Below, piece after piece: positions 17,559 through 34,848 of a stretch of DNA of 64,000 nucleotides. The notes under the pieces were generated by a model. That model saw only the letters and a list, made by a program, of their open reading frames with translations, made no database searches and had not been told where the DNA came from. The position numbers and the translations under genes were made by a program. The DNA lies in assembly GCF_009914755.1 (NCBI RefSeq), contig NC_060940.1. One strand, given 5' to 3'. The DNA is from the human T2T-CHM13v2.0 reference genome, Homo sapiens. Position 1 is the first letter of the stretch, and every line of letters begins with the position of its first letter.

Positions 17559-18281
17559 TGAGATTACAGGCTTGAGCCACCACACCCAGCCCATCAGTAC
17601 AATTAAAAAAAAAAAAGTTACAACCACTGAAGCATGGACGTCACATGGGAAACTTTGTCCATGTACAGAAGGTTGGAAATAGTCTCCCAGCTCTTCGGTT
17701 GTGAGCAAAAGCTCACGGAAATGGCTCACTACAAACCTTTACGTCTCCACTGGCCCTTGTACCACCTTTTTGACAGTGTGTTGCATGGTCTGTCACAAGA
17801 CTTATGCATTTGTGTTGAAATGAAGTTGCTGGAACATTCAGATTGTTGTCTATTCCCAAGGCAGATCCTTAAATAAAATATATTTTTGGACAGCCACATA
17901 GCAGAACCGAATAGCCTAGTTAAAAACAGCTGTTAGCAAAAGAAGGCTGGGGGGGCGGGGGTGGGGGGGCGGGGGGGCGGGGAGGTTCCCAGCTGAAACC
18001 AGCTCTGAGTGGAAAGCAGATCATGGCATGGGCAATTTTGATGTGTGTAGTTTGTGGATGTCAGACTTTTGAGCATCTTGTATTCTCATTCTTGCCAGTA
18101 TCATAAGAGCAATTCTTTTTTTCTTTTTGTAAGATGGTCTCACTCTGTCACCCAGGCTGGAGTGCAGTGGTGCCATCATAGCTTTCTGTAGCTGAGACCA
18201 CAGGTGCACACCACCACACGTGGCTAATTTTTTTTTTTTTTTTGTAGAAACAATATTTGTTATGTTGCCCAGGTTAAGAAC

Positions 18282-18326
<45 letters not shown>

Positions 18327-21030
18327 TTTGGAGACAGAGTCTCGCACTGTCACCCGGGCTGCAGTGCAGTAGTGTGATCTCTGCTCGCTCATCCTCCACC
18401 TCCTGGGTTCAAGCAATTCTCCTGCCTCAGCCTCCTGAGTAGCTGGGATTACAGGCGCACACCACCACACCCGGCTAATTTTTGCATTTTTAGTAGAAAC
18501 GGGGTTTCGCCATGTTGGCCAGGCTGGTCTCAAACTCCTGACCTCAAGGGATCCGCCCATCTCGGCCTTCTGAAGTGCTGGGATTACAGGCGTGAGCCAC
18601 CGCTATCTAGCCCAGGCTAAGAGCAATTCTTACAGATATTAACAGCTTGTACAAAACATCCCACGCCCCTCCACAATTGTCCTCACCCACTTGAAAGTAT
18701 GACTGCAATATGTACACACATTCACGTTGGATATAATGGCAATGCTGCTCATACTCCACACTTGTATTCTAAGTAGCTGACTGCATGTATGCCTCCCCCT
18801 GTTCACAAGTTCTATAAAGTCAGAGACGTTTGGTTTATCTGCAGAGAGGCAGTGCGAATCTGGTACCAGTAGTTAGAAATGTCCACTCTGGAGCCAAACT
18901 CCTGGGGCTTGAACCTTGGGTCCCCCATGTACCAACTGTGTGACCTTGGGCCACTTACCCTCTCAGTGGCTCATTTCCCATCTGCGAAATGGGGCTTCAT
19001 CGTAGTATCACCCTGGAACATAGAAAAGCTATGGTAGCTGCTATTAATATTAGCTGTTGTTGTTTTCGTAGCCACTTCAGTACCTGACACATAGAAGGTA
19101 CCCAAAAACTACAATCCATTCAACATTATTCACCCAATGCATGTCAGTGCCCAGCACTGTCCCAGGAGCCAGAGACAGGGCGGGATTGAATGTCATCAGG
19201 GACACCATCCACATTGAGTTCCTGGAGGCGCCATTAACAGAATACAGTGTGCAGCCAGCAGACCTGGCGGTGTATTGGCAAATGCAATAGATGAAGTGCC
19301 TGTCCTCCTGGAGGTTATAGGCTAGCATGAAACAGAGAGAACCAGGAAAACCATGAGATATTGTTGGGCAGGTCATTGAAGGAATACCTAAGATCATTTC
19401 AGATAGTGAGAAGTGCTCTGTAAAAAACAACACAGAGGCTGGGCGCGGTGGCTCATGCCTTTAATCCCAGCAGTTCAGGAGGCCAAGGCAGGTGGATCGC
19501 TTGAGCCCAGGACCTTGAGACCAGCCTGGGCAACATGGCAAGACCTCATCTCTACAAAAAATAGAAATTCGCCAAGCGTGGTGGTATGTACCTGTAGTCC
19601 CAGCACCTCAGGAGGCTGAGGTGGAAGATCGCTTGAGCTCAGAGTCAAGGCTCCAGCGAGCTGTGATTGTGCCACTGTACTGTAGCCAGAGTGACAGAGT
19701 GAGACCCTGTCTCAGAACCCGCCCCCCCCTAAAAAAACAGGATGATTTGTGATGAAGAGAGAGTAAGAGGACTGCAGATGGAATGTCAGGGAAGGCCTCA
19801 TTAAAGAGCTAATGTGTAAGATGAGAACTGCAGGCTACCAAGGAGCCGTCTGGCCAAGCCCTGGGGCACAGACTCTAGTCAGAGAGAACGTGCCTGGCTG
19901 GAGGCCAGCACCTGGACGTGTGTGCCAGCCCCTGGTGCCACTCTGTGCCCTTTGTCCTACTGTGTGTGGGGGAGACTGGCCTCTGGGGACTGCCTCACCT
20001 ATCCTTCCTCTAGCTCCCAATTTGTTCAGCCAGTAGGAGGCAGCAGCATGATGCAGGGCAGGAGGAAAGCGAGGCTGGGGTATTTCTCCCCCATTCCTCC
20101 TGGGCCATGTTTTGGCGATGGCTTTGTTCCTGCAAGCAAGACTACATCTTGGGCTAGATGGCCTCTTGCCGCTGCAGGTTCCAATCATGCTGTTCCCCCT
20201 GCCGCTGCGGGTTCCAATCGTGCTGTTCTCCCCACCTTAATGTGGCTGGGGTAAGGGAAGGGGACCCGCATGGGGTGGGCTAGCAAGGCCATGGAAGGGG
20301 CTGGCCGTGCAGAGCTTCTGCACAGAGTGAGAAGTCTGGAGAGCTTTCAGCAGGGCATCCCCAGACTCACATACACCTTTTTGGAATGGAATTGAAGCTG
20401 CTTACTTTTTTACACCCCAAAACTTTTTATAGATTCAGTTTAGCATCTGAGAAACACTGTTTGCTATAAACTCTGTGACTGTCTCTCAGGTTTTGCCTCT
20501 CCCAAGAGAGCGTCCTCCATTTGGCTGTTACCGTTGTTGAGCATCCCAAAGAGTGAGGCTCTATTTAAAGTCACTGCCTCGAGTGGTGGCAGGGATCATC
20601 CGGGGGCTCACCCAGCGTAGGTGGCTTCTACCGTTCCATCTGCTACGATACCCGCGATCCTGCTTTTGTGGTTGGAACAGGGCTTCCTTTTTTTTAACTC
20701 CCACCACCCACAGAAAAATAAGAGTGTAATTTTGGAAACAGGCCATTAAGCTGACAGGTAACTTTGCCTTCTCCTTTTTGGGATCCAAAAAGGGATTCTC
20801 AAAGCTCGTTTGCCCAGACAGGAGCGTGTTGATTCGTGGGAATCACGTTTTGTCATTTTCCTCTGTATTGTTTAACCAGGCTTGTGAGTGGGTCTTGCCT
20901 TTGTTCAGTAACTGACAACGTTAATTTCTCTACAGCTGCTGCGGGAGGATCTGGGCTTCTGTGTTGATTTTCTTTTTCCCTCCCTGCTTCATCTTTGGGA
21001 TTATTTATCCTTTTTTCGGTTCTCTGCTAG

Positions 21031-21196
21031 GATCATCCTGAACATGGGGTCCTGTTTCTTGTTCGAGAGCTTCTCAACGTGATCCAGGACTACACCTGGG
21101 AGGACAACAGCGATGAGAAAATCCGCATCTACACCTGCGTCCTGCATCTCCTCTCCGCCATGAGCCAGGAGACGTACCTTTACCACATAGACAAAG
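21031..21196 (+). CDS. VPS35L: VPS35L coding exon: [55 protein letters not shown](V)
   Basis: ttctctgctag acceptor, gtagca donor at 21197. 166 nt (phase 0 to 1), open frame continuous with flanking exons. Confidence 0.95.
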
Positions 21197-21342
21197 GTAG
21201 CAGAGCCTCCCCCACCAAACCATGCTCCGCATGGATTTCATGAAAGGCAGACAGAATGCTTTCATTTTCTCTTTTATTTTTTCCTCCCTTGTATTTTAGC
21301 TTCCATGAACTTCTAGTCCAGGGTCTCACTGTATTTACCTGA

Positions 21343-21759
<417 letters not shown>

Positions 21760-22119
21760 TCACTCTGTCCCCCAGGCTGGAGTGCAGTGATGTGATCTCG
21801 GCCCACTGCAGCCTTTACAGCCCAGGCTGAAGCAGTCCTCCCACCTCAGCTTCCCAAGTAGCTGGGAATACAGGCATGTGCCACTGCTCCTGGATAATTT
21901 TTTAAATTTTTTTTTGAAGACGGGGTTTCACCATGTTACGCTGGTCTCAAACGCCTGGGCTCAAGTAATCTACCCGTCTCAGCCTCCCAAAGTGTTGGGA
22001 TTATAACCATGAGCCACCACACCTGGCCTTCCCTTCTTAATTTGCATCTTTAACAAGCACCTGAGATCATGTTGAACATCAGACCAGTCTGGAGAAACAC
22101 TGTTTAAAAAAATAATTAT

Positions 22120-22750
22120 AATAATTTCAACTTCTATTTTAGATTTAGGAGGTATACGTGCAGGTTTGTGACAGGGTTATATTGTGCAATGCTGAGGTTT
22201 GGGGTGCAAATGAGATAGTACCCAATAGGTAGTTTTTCAGCCCTTGTCCCCTCCCCTTCCTCCCCACTCTAGTGGTCTCCAATGTCTGTTGTTTCCATCT
22301 TTATGCCCATGGGTACCCAATGCTTGGGGCCCACTTACAAGTGAGAACATGGCGGTAGTTAGTTTTCTGTTTCTGCACTAGTTCACTTAGGATAATGGCC
22401 TCCAGTTGCACCCATGTTGCCACAAAGGCCATGATTTCATTCTTTTTTAGGGCTGCATAGTATTCCATTGTGTGTATGTACCACATTTTCTTTATCCAAT
22501 CCACTGTTGATGAGCATCTAAGTTGATGCTATGTTTTTGCTATTGCGAATAGTGCTGCAGTGAACATACGTGTGCATGTGTCCTTTCAGTAGAACGATTT
22601 ATTTTCCTTTGGGTATATACCCAGTAATGGGATTGCTGGGTCAAATGGTAGTTCTGTTTTCAATTCTTTGAGAAATCTCTAAAACTGCTTTCCACAGTGG
22701 CTGAACTAATTTGCATTTCCACTGACAGAGTGTTAAGTGTTCTCTTTTCA
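22120..22750 (-). mobile_element. L1PA/L1PB-type 3' fragment including the ORF2 C-terminus
   Basis: ORF 22301..22504 (WIKKMWYIHTMEYYAALKKNEIMAFVATWVQLEAIILSE) is the conserved L1 ORF2p tail. Confidence 0.9.
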
Positions 22751-23701
22751 GAGGAACCCTCTTTTGGATCAGTGTGCTACACAATAAACTGGAACAATGG
22801 CTAAATATACACATGCATGAGCTTCGTGCCAGGCCTGTTCCTTACCACAGTCTCAGGAAGGACCCTGGTGTGGGTGTTTGCAACTGCTCCTCAGATGATG
22901 CCAAGGCTCAGCAGCCCTTGTCTGGGTGTTCTGGAGGAAGGAGGTGGCCTTGATCACCTGCTACCAGACATTTTGAACTTGCTAGTACAAGTTGGGAGCA
23001 GCCTCCTCGTGTCCTGGACTTACCACAGGACATCCCAGTTCCAGGCCTTTTCCCACTGAGCCCAAGTATCCTCCTGCCTGGCGGACCCTCAGTTCTAATT
23101 TTTGGATTCCAAAAATTGGTCTTAATGTCAAAAGTGCTTTGGCCAGTAATTGTATACTTTACAGTTAAAAAACCAACTCTACACTTGCAAGTTGCAGTGA
23201 ACACATTAGCAGTGCTTAAGGGATGGCCTGCCTTCTGTCATACCTCTCAGGCTTTCTCTAGCTGGGTCTGGGGACTGAGGATAAAGATGTAATGCAGGGA
23301 GGCTGGTTCATAGCAAGAATGATGGCGCCTACCCTGATCTGAGCACTTACTGCGTGCCAAGGACTACATCAGGCTCTACAGGCCTTTTTCCCTTAATCCT
23401 TACAGCTTTACTATGAGGACAGGCATTCATGTCCCCATTTGATGTGTAAGCAAGAGGAGATCCAGAAAGACAATGTGATATACTCCAGGGCTTCCGGTAG
23501 TTAGTGATGGAAGTGAAACTCACACCCAGAGTGGTGGGACGTGCATTACACTGCTTTGTTGATTACAAAATAACAGTGTTGGCTGGGCACAGTGGCTTGT
23601 GCCTATAATCCCAGCACTTTGGGGGGCAGACGCAGGCGGATCACCTGAGGTCAGGAGTTCGAGGCTAGCCTGACCAACATGGCGAAACCTCATGTATACT
23701 A

Positions 23702-24610
<909 letters not shown>

Positions 24611-26634
24611 AAGGCTCTGAACAAGAGAGAAAGCTTTGAGGACCAGACAGAGACCTGGAAGTGAGGCTATCACAGGAGCATGCCCTGCCCTCTCCTCTCT
24701 CTCCTCTCCTTCCTCTCCCTCCTCTCCTTCCTCTCCCTTAAACAGATTCAGCCCATCCTTTCTCTGAACAAGGCCGCCAGCGAAGACGACTAGAGCCAGA
24801 TTGGCAGCAGAGGGAGCGAGGCTATATTTGATAGGCAAGAGTGTAGTTTTCTAGCTTTTAGAGATGAAAACAGAAGGATGGATTTTCTTTTTCTTCTTCT
24901 TAGTCCAGCTGTGTTTACTTTGAATGTGCAACTGTGACCTGCCCGGCGTCTTGGTAGGAGACCCAGGGAATCACAGAGTCTCTGCAGGTTGTGGGGGCTC
25001 CTTTTTCCCTGTTCACTTCGTCATTCTAGGGAGGCTTTTAGACGATGTTGACACAGCTTAGAACTTGGAAGAGAGGGATTAAATAATTTCTGCATTTTTG
25101 GAGGATGCCTTGGCCACTTTCTTCCCAGATTAAGAAAAAGAGAAGGCTCTGACATTGCCTGGAGCAATCCCTCCGGTGCTTTTACACGAGGTTACAAGAC
25201 AGCGTGCATGTTTGATGTAGAAGTGAAGAATAGTCTTGGATCCTCAATGTTTATGTATTTAGTATGCAGATAGAGTGTGTCTTTATTGGAAGAGTACAAC
25301 TCAGGATGCTTCTGTGAAGCCAAGGCAGCCCTCCTCACTCTTCCACGTCACCTGCCAGGCCCTCAAAGCATTCGGGTTTGCAACTTGGGGTGGGACAGAT
25401 GCAGAGATTGTGGGCTATTTTTAGTGGCCATTTGCAGGGGACATCATTTCTCCCCCTCGTGAGAGCCACGTCTGGACTTGAAGGCCCCCAATACACTCTG
25501 ACCTGACCAAATTACTTTTAATTCTCAAATGCGCCCTTTTCTCCTTCCCTCTATGACCACCAAGTGTCAGCATGGAAAATAAATTCCTCCCTTCTCACCC
25601 CTTTTCCCACTTCTGCTAGCGAATTCCACCTTTAGGACTCAGTCCAGGTCTCACTGATTCCAGAATCCTGTCCCAAGCATAGATTTTAGTATCCCATGAT
25701 CCCCTGTACTGCCCCCCCTTCCTTGAGACCGGGAGGCGGAGGTTGCAGTGAGCCAAGATCGTGCCACTGAACTCCAGCCTGGGCGACAGAGCAAGACTCC
25801 ATCTCAAATACCTCTGCACACTATTGCAATTGCCTGTTTGTGTGTCTGTGTCTCCTCACAGACTGTGACCTCTGTGTCTGTGAGGGTAGGGCCAGGTCAG
25901 CCTTGTCCCCCACTAGGTTCCCGCTCCTAGCCTAGAAGCTGGCATGAAGCAGGCCTTATTCAGTAGGTGTTGCATGTGTGTGTGAGTGGCCTGCTCTAAA
26001 CACACCTCTGGCCCCTTGGGGTGGTTGGACCTTCCCTCTTCTCCATTGCTGGGCTGTTCAGAATCAAAGTGAACTCCAACCTGGAGGAAGACTGGGAATT
26101 TATGCAGGAACTATTCTGGTCCTCAGCAGCAGACATGAGAAATTCCTTCACCAGCTGCAGTTTTGCTGCCCTGCACAATCAGGTGGTGTTGAATGGCTGA
26201 ATTGAATTCTTCTCGCTTCTTACAAGAGTAACTGCCGTCCCCCACTGGGGAGGTACAAGTCATGACACAGCAGCCAGAGCCGGCTTGGAAATTCTGAGAT
26301 TGACTCCTGCGGCCCAGGGCCAGTAACTACCAACCTGGTGTCAGACGAGCAATCAATCGCAAAGGAAACCTTGGGGAAGTATCCCAGCAGAGTCCCCATA
26401 AACGAGCAGTTTAAGATTGGATAAGAGATTCCTGTGATCAGAGAAGCTGGGGAACAAAGGAAACCAGTTGTTCTCCTTATTCTTAGGCAATATGCCTGCA
26501 ACCTGCTTTCAAATGGTTCAGCCAAAAAAAAAAAATTATGTGTGTCTGTCCATCCTTGTAGAGACAACAAGCAAGAGAGCTTGCACAAAAGTAGCAAAAT
26601 ATTATCAATTGGTGATTCAAGAAGTAGGTGTTCA

Positions 26635-26939
<305 letters not shown>

Positions 26940-27814
26940 TAGGCTGGTCTCAAACTCCTGAGCTCAAGTGACCTACCTGCCTTGGCCTCCCAAAGTGCTG
27001 GGATTACAGGCGTGAGCCACTGTGCCTGGCCATCTCGTGCTGTTTGTCCCTCGTTTGTGCACAGGCCCTACTGTGTTTCTCATAAATATTGTCTCTTTTG
27101 AATTGTGTGTATCTGAGACAGTATCCTTCCTACTTGTTTCCTCAAGACAGTGATGAATGTTCTTTCAATGGGGCGAGAAAAGCACAACAAATCACATTCT
27201 AGCAGATAAGCTAAACTGGATGTGGTTTATTAAAGACATCCCTAAGCCACAAAACTGGATTAGCCGTGTGCACTTGTGGCCGCGTGTACACAACCACACC
27301 CCGAGGCACAGGCATGGCTCTTGGTTTATGAGATATCCACGCACTCAGGACAGTGACCCAGATTGCAGGCCCGTGCCAGGTGAGAAGCAGCGAGTGCCGC
27401 CGCCGCACCGTCCCCCTTCCTGACCACTGAGTGCTGTGTTGGCTCCAGAGCTCTCCCTTTAGCCTGGGGGTTCAGATGCTGAACTGGGCTCCCCAGACAG
27501 AGTGCTGCTTGTTCACAGCCGGTTATGCTCGGCCACATACAAGTCCCCATCTGGTAGCTGGAATGAAAGCAGCTGTAAGAGGATCCCATGGAAAAGGTAT
27601 GTGAGCTCATGTGGGTGTGGAAGGAAAGAACTGGCTCTGTAGGCAGAGCTGGTGGTTTTGTTGTGAACTCTAGGGTTTGCAGCAGGCTGGCCCTAGCCAA
27701 AAAAGGAAGGAAGAAAACCACTGAAGTGTTCCCAGTAGGGACCAACTAAATACATTCTCTTCCATCGTACAGTGGGATACTACGCAGACATGACAACAAA
27801 GCAACAGAGCTGTA

Positions 27815-28687
<873 letters not shown>

Positions 28688-28703
28688 GCTGATATAAAAA
28701 TAG

Positions 28704-28946
<243 letters not shown>

Positions 28947-30154
28947 TGATCCTCCTGCCTCAGCCTCCCAGAGTGCTGGGATTATAGGTGTGAGCCACTG
29001 ATCCCAGCCCCAAGATTTATCATTAAGTTAAAAAAACAAAGTGTAAAGCAGCACAGAGTGTGGTGTCTCTTTCGTTGCCCAGATTATGCTCTGTGTGAAG
29101 TTCAGTTGAGAGGAAGGAGTGGGGAGGGAAGGAGGGAGGGAGGAGGAAGGGAGGAGGAACTCAGACTCAGGCTGTCCTTGGCTGGGCCTGTCTTACTCTA
29201 GGCAGTGGTTGTCACAGGACGAGACCCAGCAAACAGTGGAGGAGCTTTTGGCAAGAGACATTATCAAAGGGATTTACACTTCTAGAGTAGTTGAAATAGA
29301 AAATCTCTGCAGTCCTTCCAAAGCCAGGTTTGAGGAGAGGGTGACAGGGCAGGCAGCTGGATGCGGTAGCTAAGAGCGTGAGCTCTGGAATCAGACTTCC
29401 TGGTTTAGGATCCCAGCTAGGACCACCTCTGAGCCTCATCTCCCTAAAAGGGAGATATTAATATCATCTCTTGGCTGGGCTGGTGGCTCACACCTGTAAT
29501 CCCAGCACTTTGGGAGGCCGAGGCAGGCGGATCACTTGAGGTCAGGAGTTCGAGACCAGCTTGGCCAGCATGGTGAAACCCCATCTCTATTAAAAATAAA
29601 AGAATAAATTAAAAAAATAGCCAGGCGTGCTGGCAGGTGCCTATAATTCCAGCTACTCAAGAGGCTGAGGCAGGAGGACTGCTTGAGCCTTGAGGCGGAG
29701 GTTGCAGTCAGCCAAGATCGTGCCACTGCACTCCAGCCTGGGTGACAGAGAGAGACTCCGTCTCAAAAAAAAAAAAGAAAAGAAAAGAAAAATCATGTCT
29801 TCACATACTGGTTGTGGGGGACTCTGCAATAAGGCAGTGAAAGCCCTAGCCCAGTGCCTGGCAGCTGCTGTGATGATGATTATTATTATTAATGTCACCC
29901 CCGCTCCCCGCCACGCACACATGGGCTAGAGGGGTGACTTCCACACCCCTGGCTTAGACTGTCCTGCAGGCTGGGTGTTTTCTTTGTGATTCCCAAGGCC
30001 CCAAGCCCAGTGGGAAATTTCCGCCACTTCCATGTGCCCTGCCACGACTTCCTGCCATCTGCTGACTCGGTGTGACATGACACACGGCTGCCTCTCCCTG
30101 GCCAGCATGGCCGCGGGGCTTGGGTCTGTCTCACTGTTCTTGTTTGTTCAACAG

Positions 30155-30273
30155 TGGACTCCAACGACAGCCTCTACGGGGGAGACTCCAAGTTCCTGGC
30201 AGAAAACAACAAGCTGTGTGAGACGGTGATGGCTCAGATCCTAGAGCATCTGAAAACCCTGGCCAAGGACGAG
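30155..30273 (+). CDS. VPS35L: VPS35L coding exon: (V)[39 protein letters not shown]
   Basis: tgtttgttcaacag acceptor, gtgggt donor at 30274. 119 nt (phase 1 to 0); seen in ORF 30154..30381. Confidence 0.95.
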
Positions 30274-30698
30274 GTGGGTGCCCTCTGCTGTCCTCCACCC
30301 GCCCCTTGCTCTGAAAGCACAAGTTTCCAGGGTGGTTCAACCTTGGTTCATTCTAGAAAGGAAACTATGTCATGTGAGTAATGTGTTTATGTGCAAACCA
30401 CTTCTCCATTGCTTTGGGGCCTTCGCTCCTGCTGTTTTCTCTGCCTGGACTGCGCCTCCCCCAGGGCTTCCCCTGGCTGTTCCTTCTCGTCATTGAAATC
30501 TCAGCTCAAAGGACCTCCTCAGGCCTTCCCGGACCCTGTCTGAAGGAGCCACCACCACCTGCATGCCTCTGCCCGATTGTCCCTGTAGCGCCTGTTCAGT
30601 CACCGTCTGAAATGTTCTGTCTGTCCATCCCTCAGCTCCCTGACTAGAATGTAAGCTCCATGGGAGCAGGGACCTGGTGAGTCTTTTTTTTTTTTTGA

Positions 30699-30914
<216 letters not shown>

Positions 30915-31384
30915 TGATCCGCCTACCTCGGCCTCCCAAAGTGCTGGGATTATAGGCGTGAGCCACTGCACCCGGCCTGGACCTGGTGAGTCTTGAAGAC
31001 CTGCCTGTGTCTGAATGACAAGACAGGGACTCTGGGACACCCGGTAACTCTCTGCACTACCCCACGTCTCATGCAGAGCCCGGCCTGCGGCAGATGCTCC
31101 ATCAGTTCATGGTGAATCCCTGATAGCGTGGGATTGCTATACCTGGGCTCTTTCAGTGCCCACAACAGCCCTGTGAGATGTAGATGCTGTGTTTATTTCC
31201 ATTGAATGGGGAGGGAAACTGAGGCTCAGAGAGGGTTATTCAGAGCCGTTGATATTTCCTCTGGCTGTGATGAAACAGCAGAGATTCTAACCCGGATTCC
31301 CAAACCTGAACTCTGCACTGCTACATTGCCCTCCTCAACCAAGGCCTTTCCACTTCACTTTTCTTTTTATTTTATTTTTTTTGA

Positions 31385-31528
<144 letters not shown>

Positions 31529-32029
31529 TAATTTTTGTGTTTTTAGTAGAGATGGGGTTTCACCATATTAGCCAGGCTGGTCTCGAATTCCTGAGCTCAA
31601 GTGATCCTCTTGCCTCAGCCTCCCAAAGTGCTGGGATTACAGGCATGAGCTATTGCGCCCGGCCAATATATACCCATTCTGTCCAGGGTGTTCAAGCGTG
31701 TGTTTGAGAGAGTAGGATTTTTTCTGGCCTCCAAGTTCAGGGGCACTGCCCGAAGGGCTGGCCTTAGGGTTAGTAGTTGAAAGGGCAGAGACCTACATAC
31801 CCAACAGTTGCAGAAATGCTGCAGCCCTGGGGGCCCGTAGCACCTTCTGTAGGGAGGGAGGGTATGTGACTGTGTCCTACTGACCTTGGGGACCCCGAGC
31901 TGCAGTACCAGAACTCTGAGCAAGTTAGTGCCTGGAGGGCTCTTGGTTGTTTGTGGAAAGAGTGGCATTGGAACCCCAGTTTCTTCTTCAGGAAAACTGG
32001 TTTATCAAACCCGTGAGTATCAGACGAGG

Positions 32030-33030
<1,001 letters not shown>

Positions 33031-33268
33031 TTTTTAAATGTTGCATATCTGAGGCTCATGAATCAAGATGAGAAAATAAAACCCTAAATACACATTGTTT
33101 TAAAAGACCTTTTACAAACATGCACAAACACTCAGCAAGGGTTCATACCTCTTCCGTTTTCTGTGTAGATGGTTTTCAGGAGAGAGCCCTTTCAGCCTAC
33201 AGGAATAATGGAAGCCCATCACCTTTAGCTTGTACTAATTAGATCCCCCCAAGGAAAGCTTGTCTTAG

Positions 33269-34065
<797 letters not shown>

Positions 34066-34710
34066 TCAGAGGTGGTCACTGACAGCATAAATGATCATAG
34101 CCCAGAAGTCCCAAGCTTGCAAGAAAAATAAAGCCCAGAACCATATAATTTGGAGCTATTTATATTTAACATTTATGTCTCTTTCTCTGGTGGAGAGAGG
34201 GGTTGATGGTGATAGTGATTCTGAAAGAATAGCAAAGATGGAATGTTTCTGAAGAACATTTCACGTGGCATCAATACCAGCGATGTTCACTGAAAATGTC
34301 TGTCCATATGTGCACATTTATTAGAAAAACATCGGTCAGGCATGGTGGCTCATGCCTGTAATCCCAACACTTTGGGAGGCTGGGGAAGGAGGATTGCTTT
34401 ATTCCAGGAGTTTGAGACCAGCCTGGGGAACATAGTAAAACCCCATCTCTAAAAAAATTTTAAAAGTTAGCCAGGCATGGTGGTGTGCACCCTGAGTAGC
34501 TGGGACTACTCAGGAGGCTGAGGTGGGAGGATCGCTTGAGCCCAGGAGTTTGAGGCTGCAGTGAGCTGTGATTGCACCACTACACTCCAACCCTGGCAGC
34601 AGAGCAAGACCCTGTCTCTAAAATAAATAAATAAATAAAAACATGGTCATATGGGTGGACCAAGCTGAAACTGAACATGTTATCCTTCTTTTATTTTATT
34701 TTTTTTTTGA

Positions 34711-34848
<138 letters not shown>

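Noticed and set aside
22301-22504. ORF with clear protein-like sequence (WIKKMWYIHTMEYY)
   Set aside because: Dead L1 ORF2 C-terminal fragment, not a host gene.
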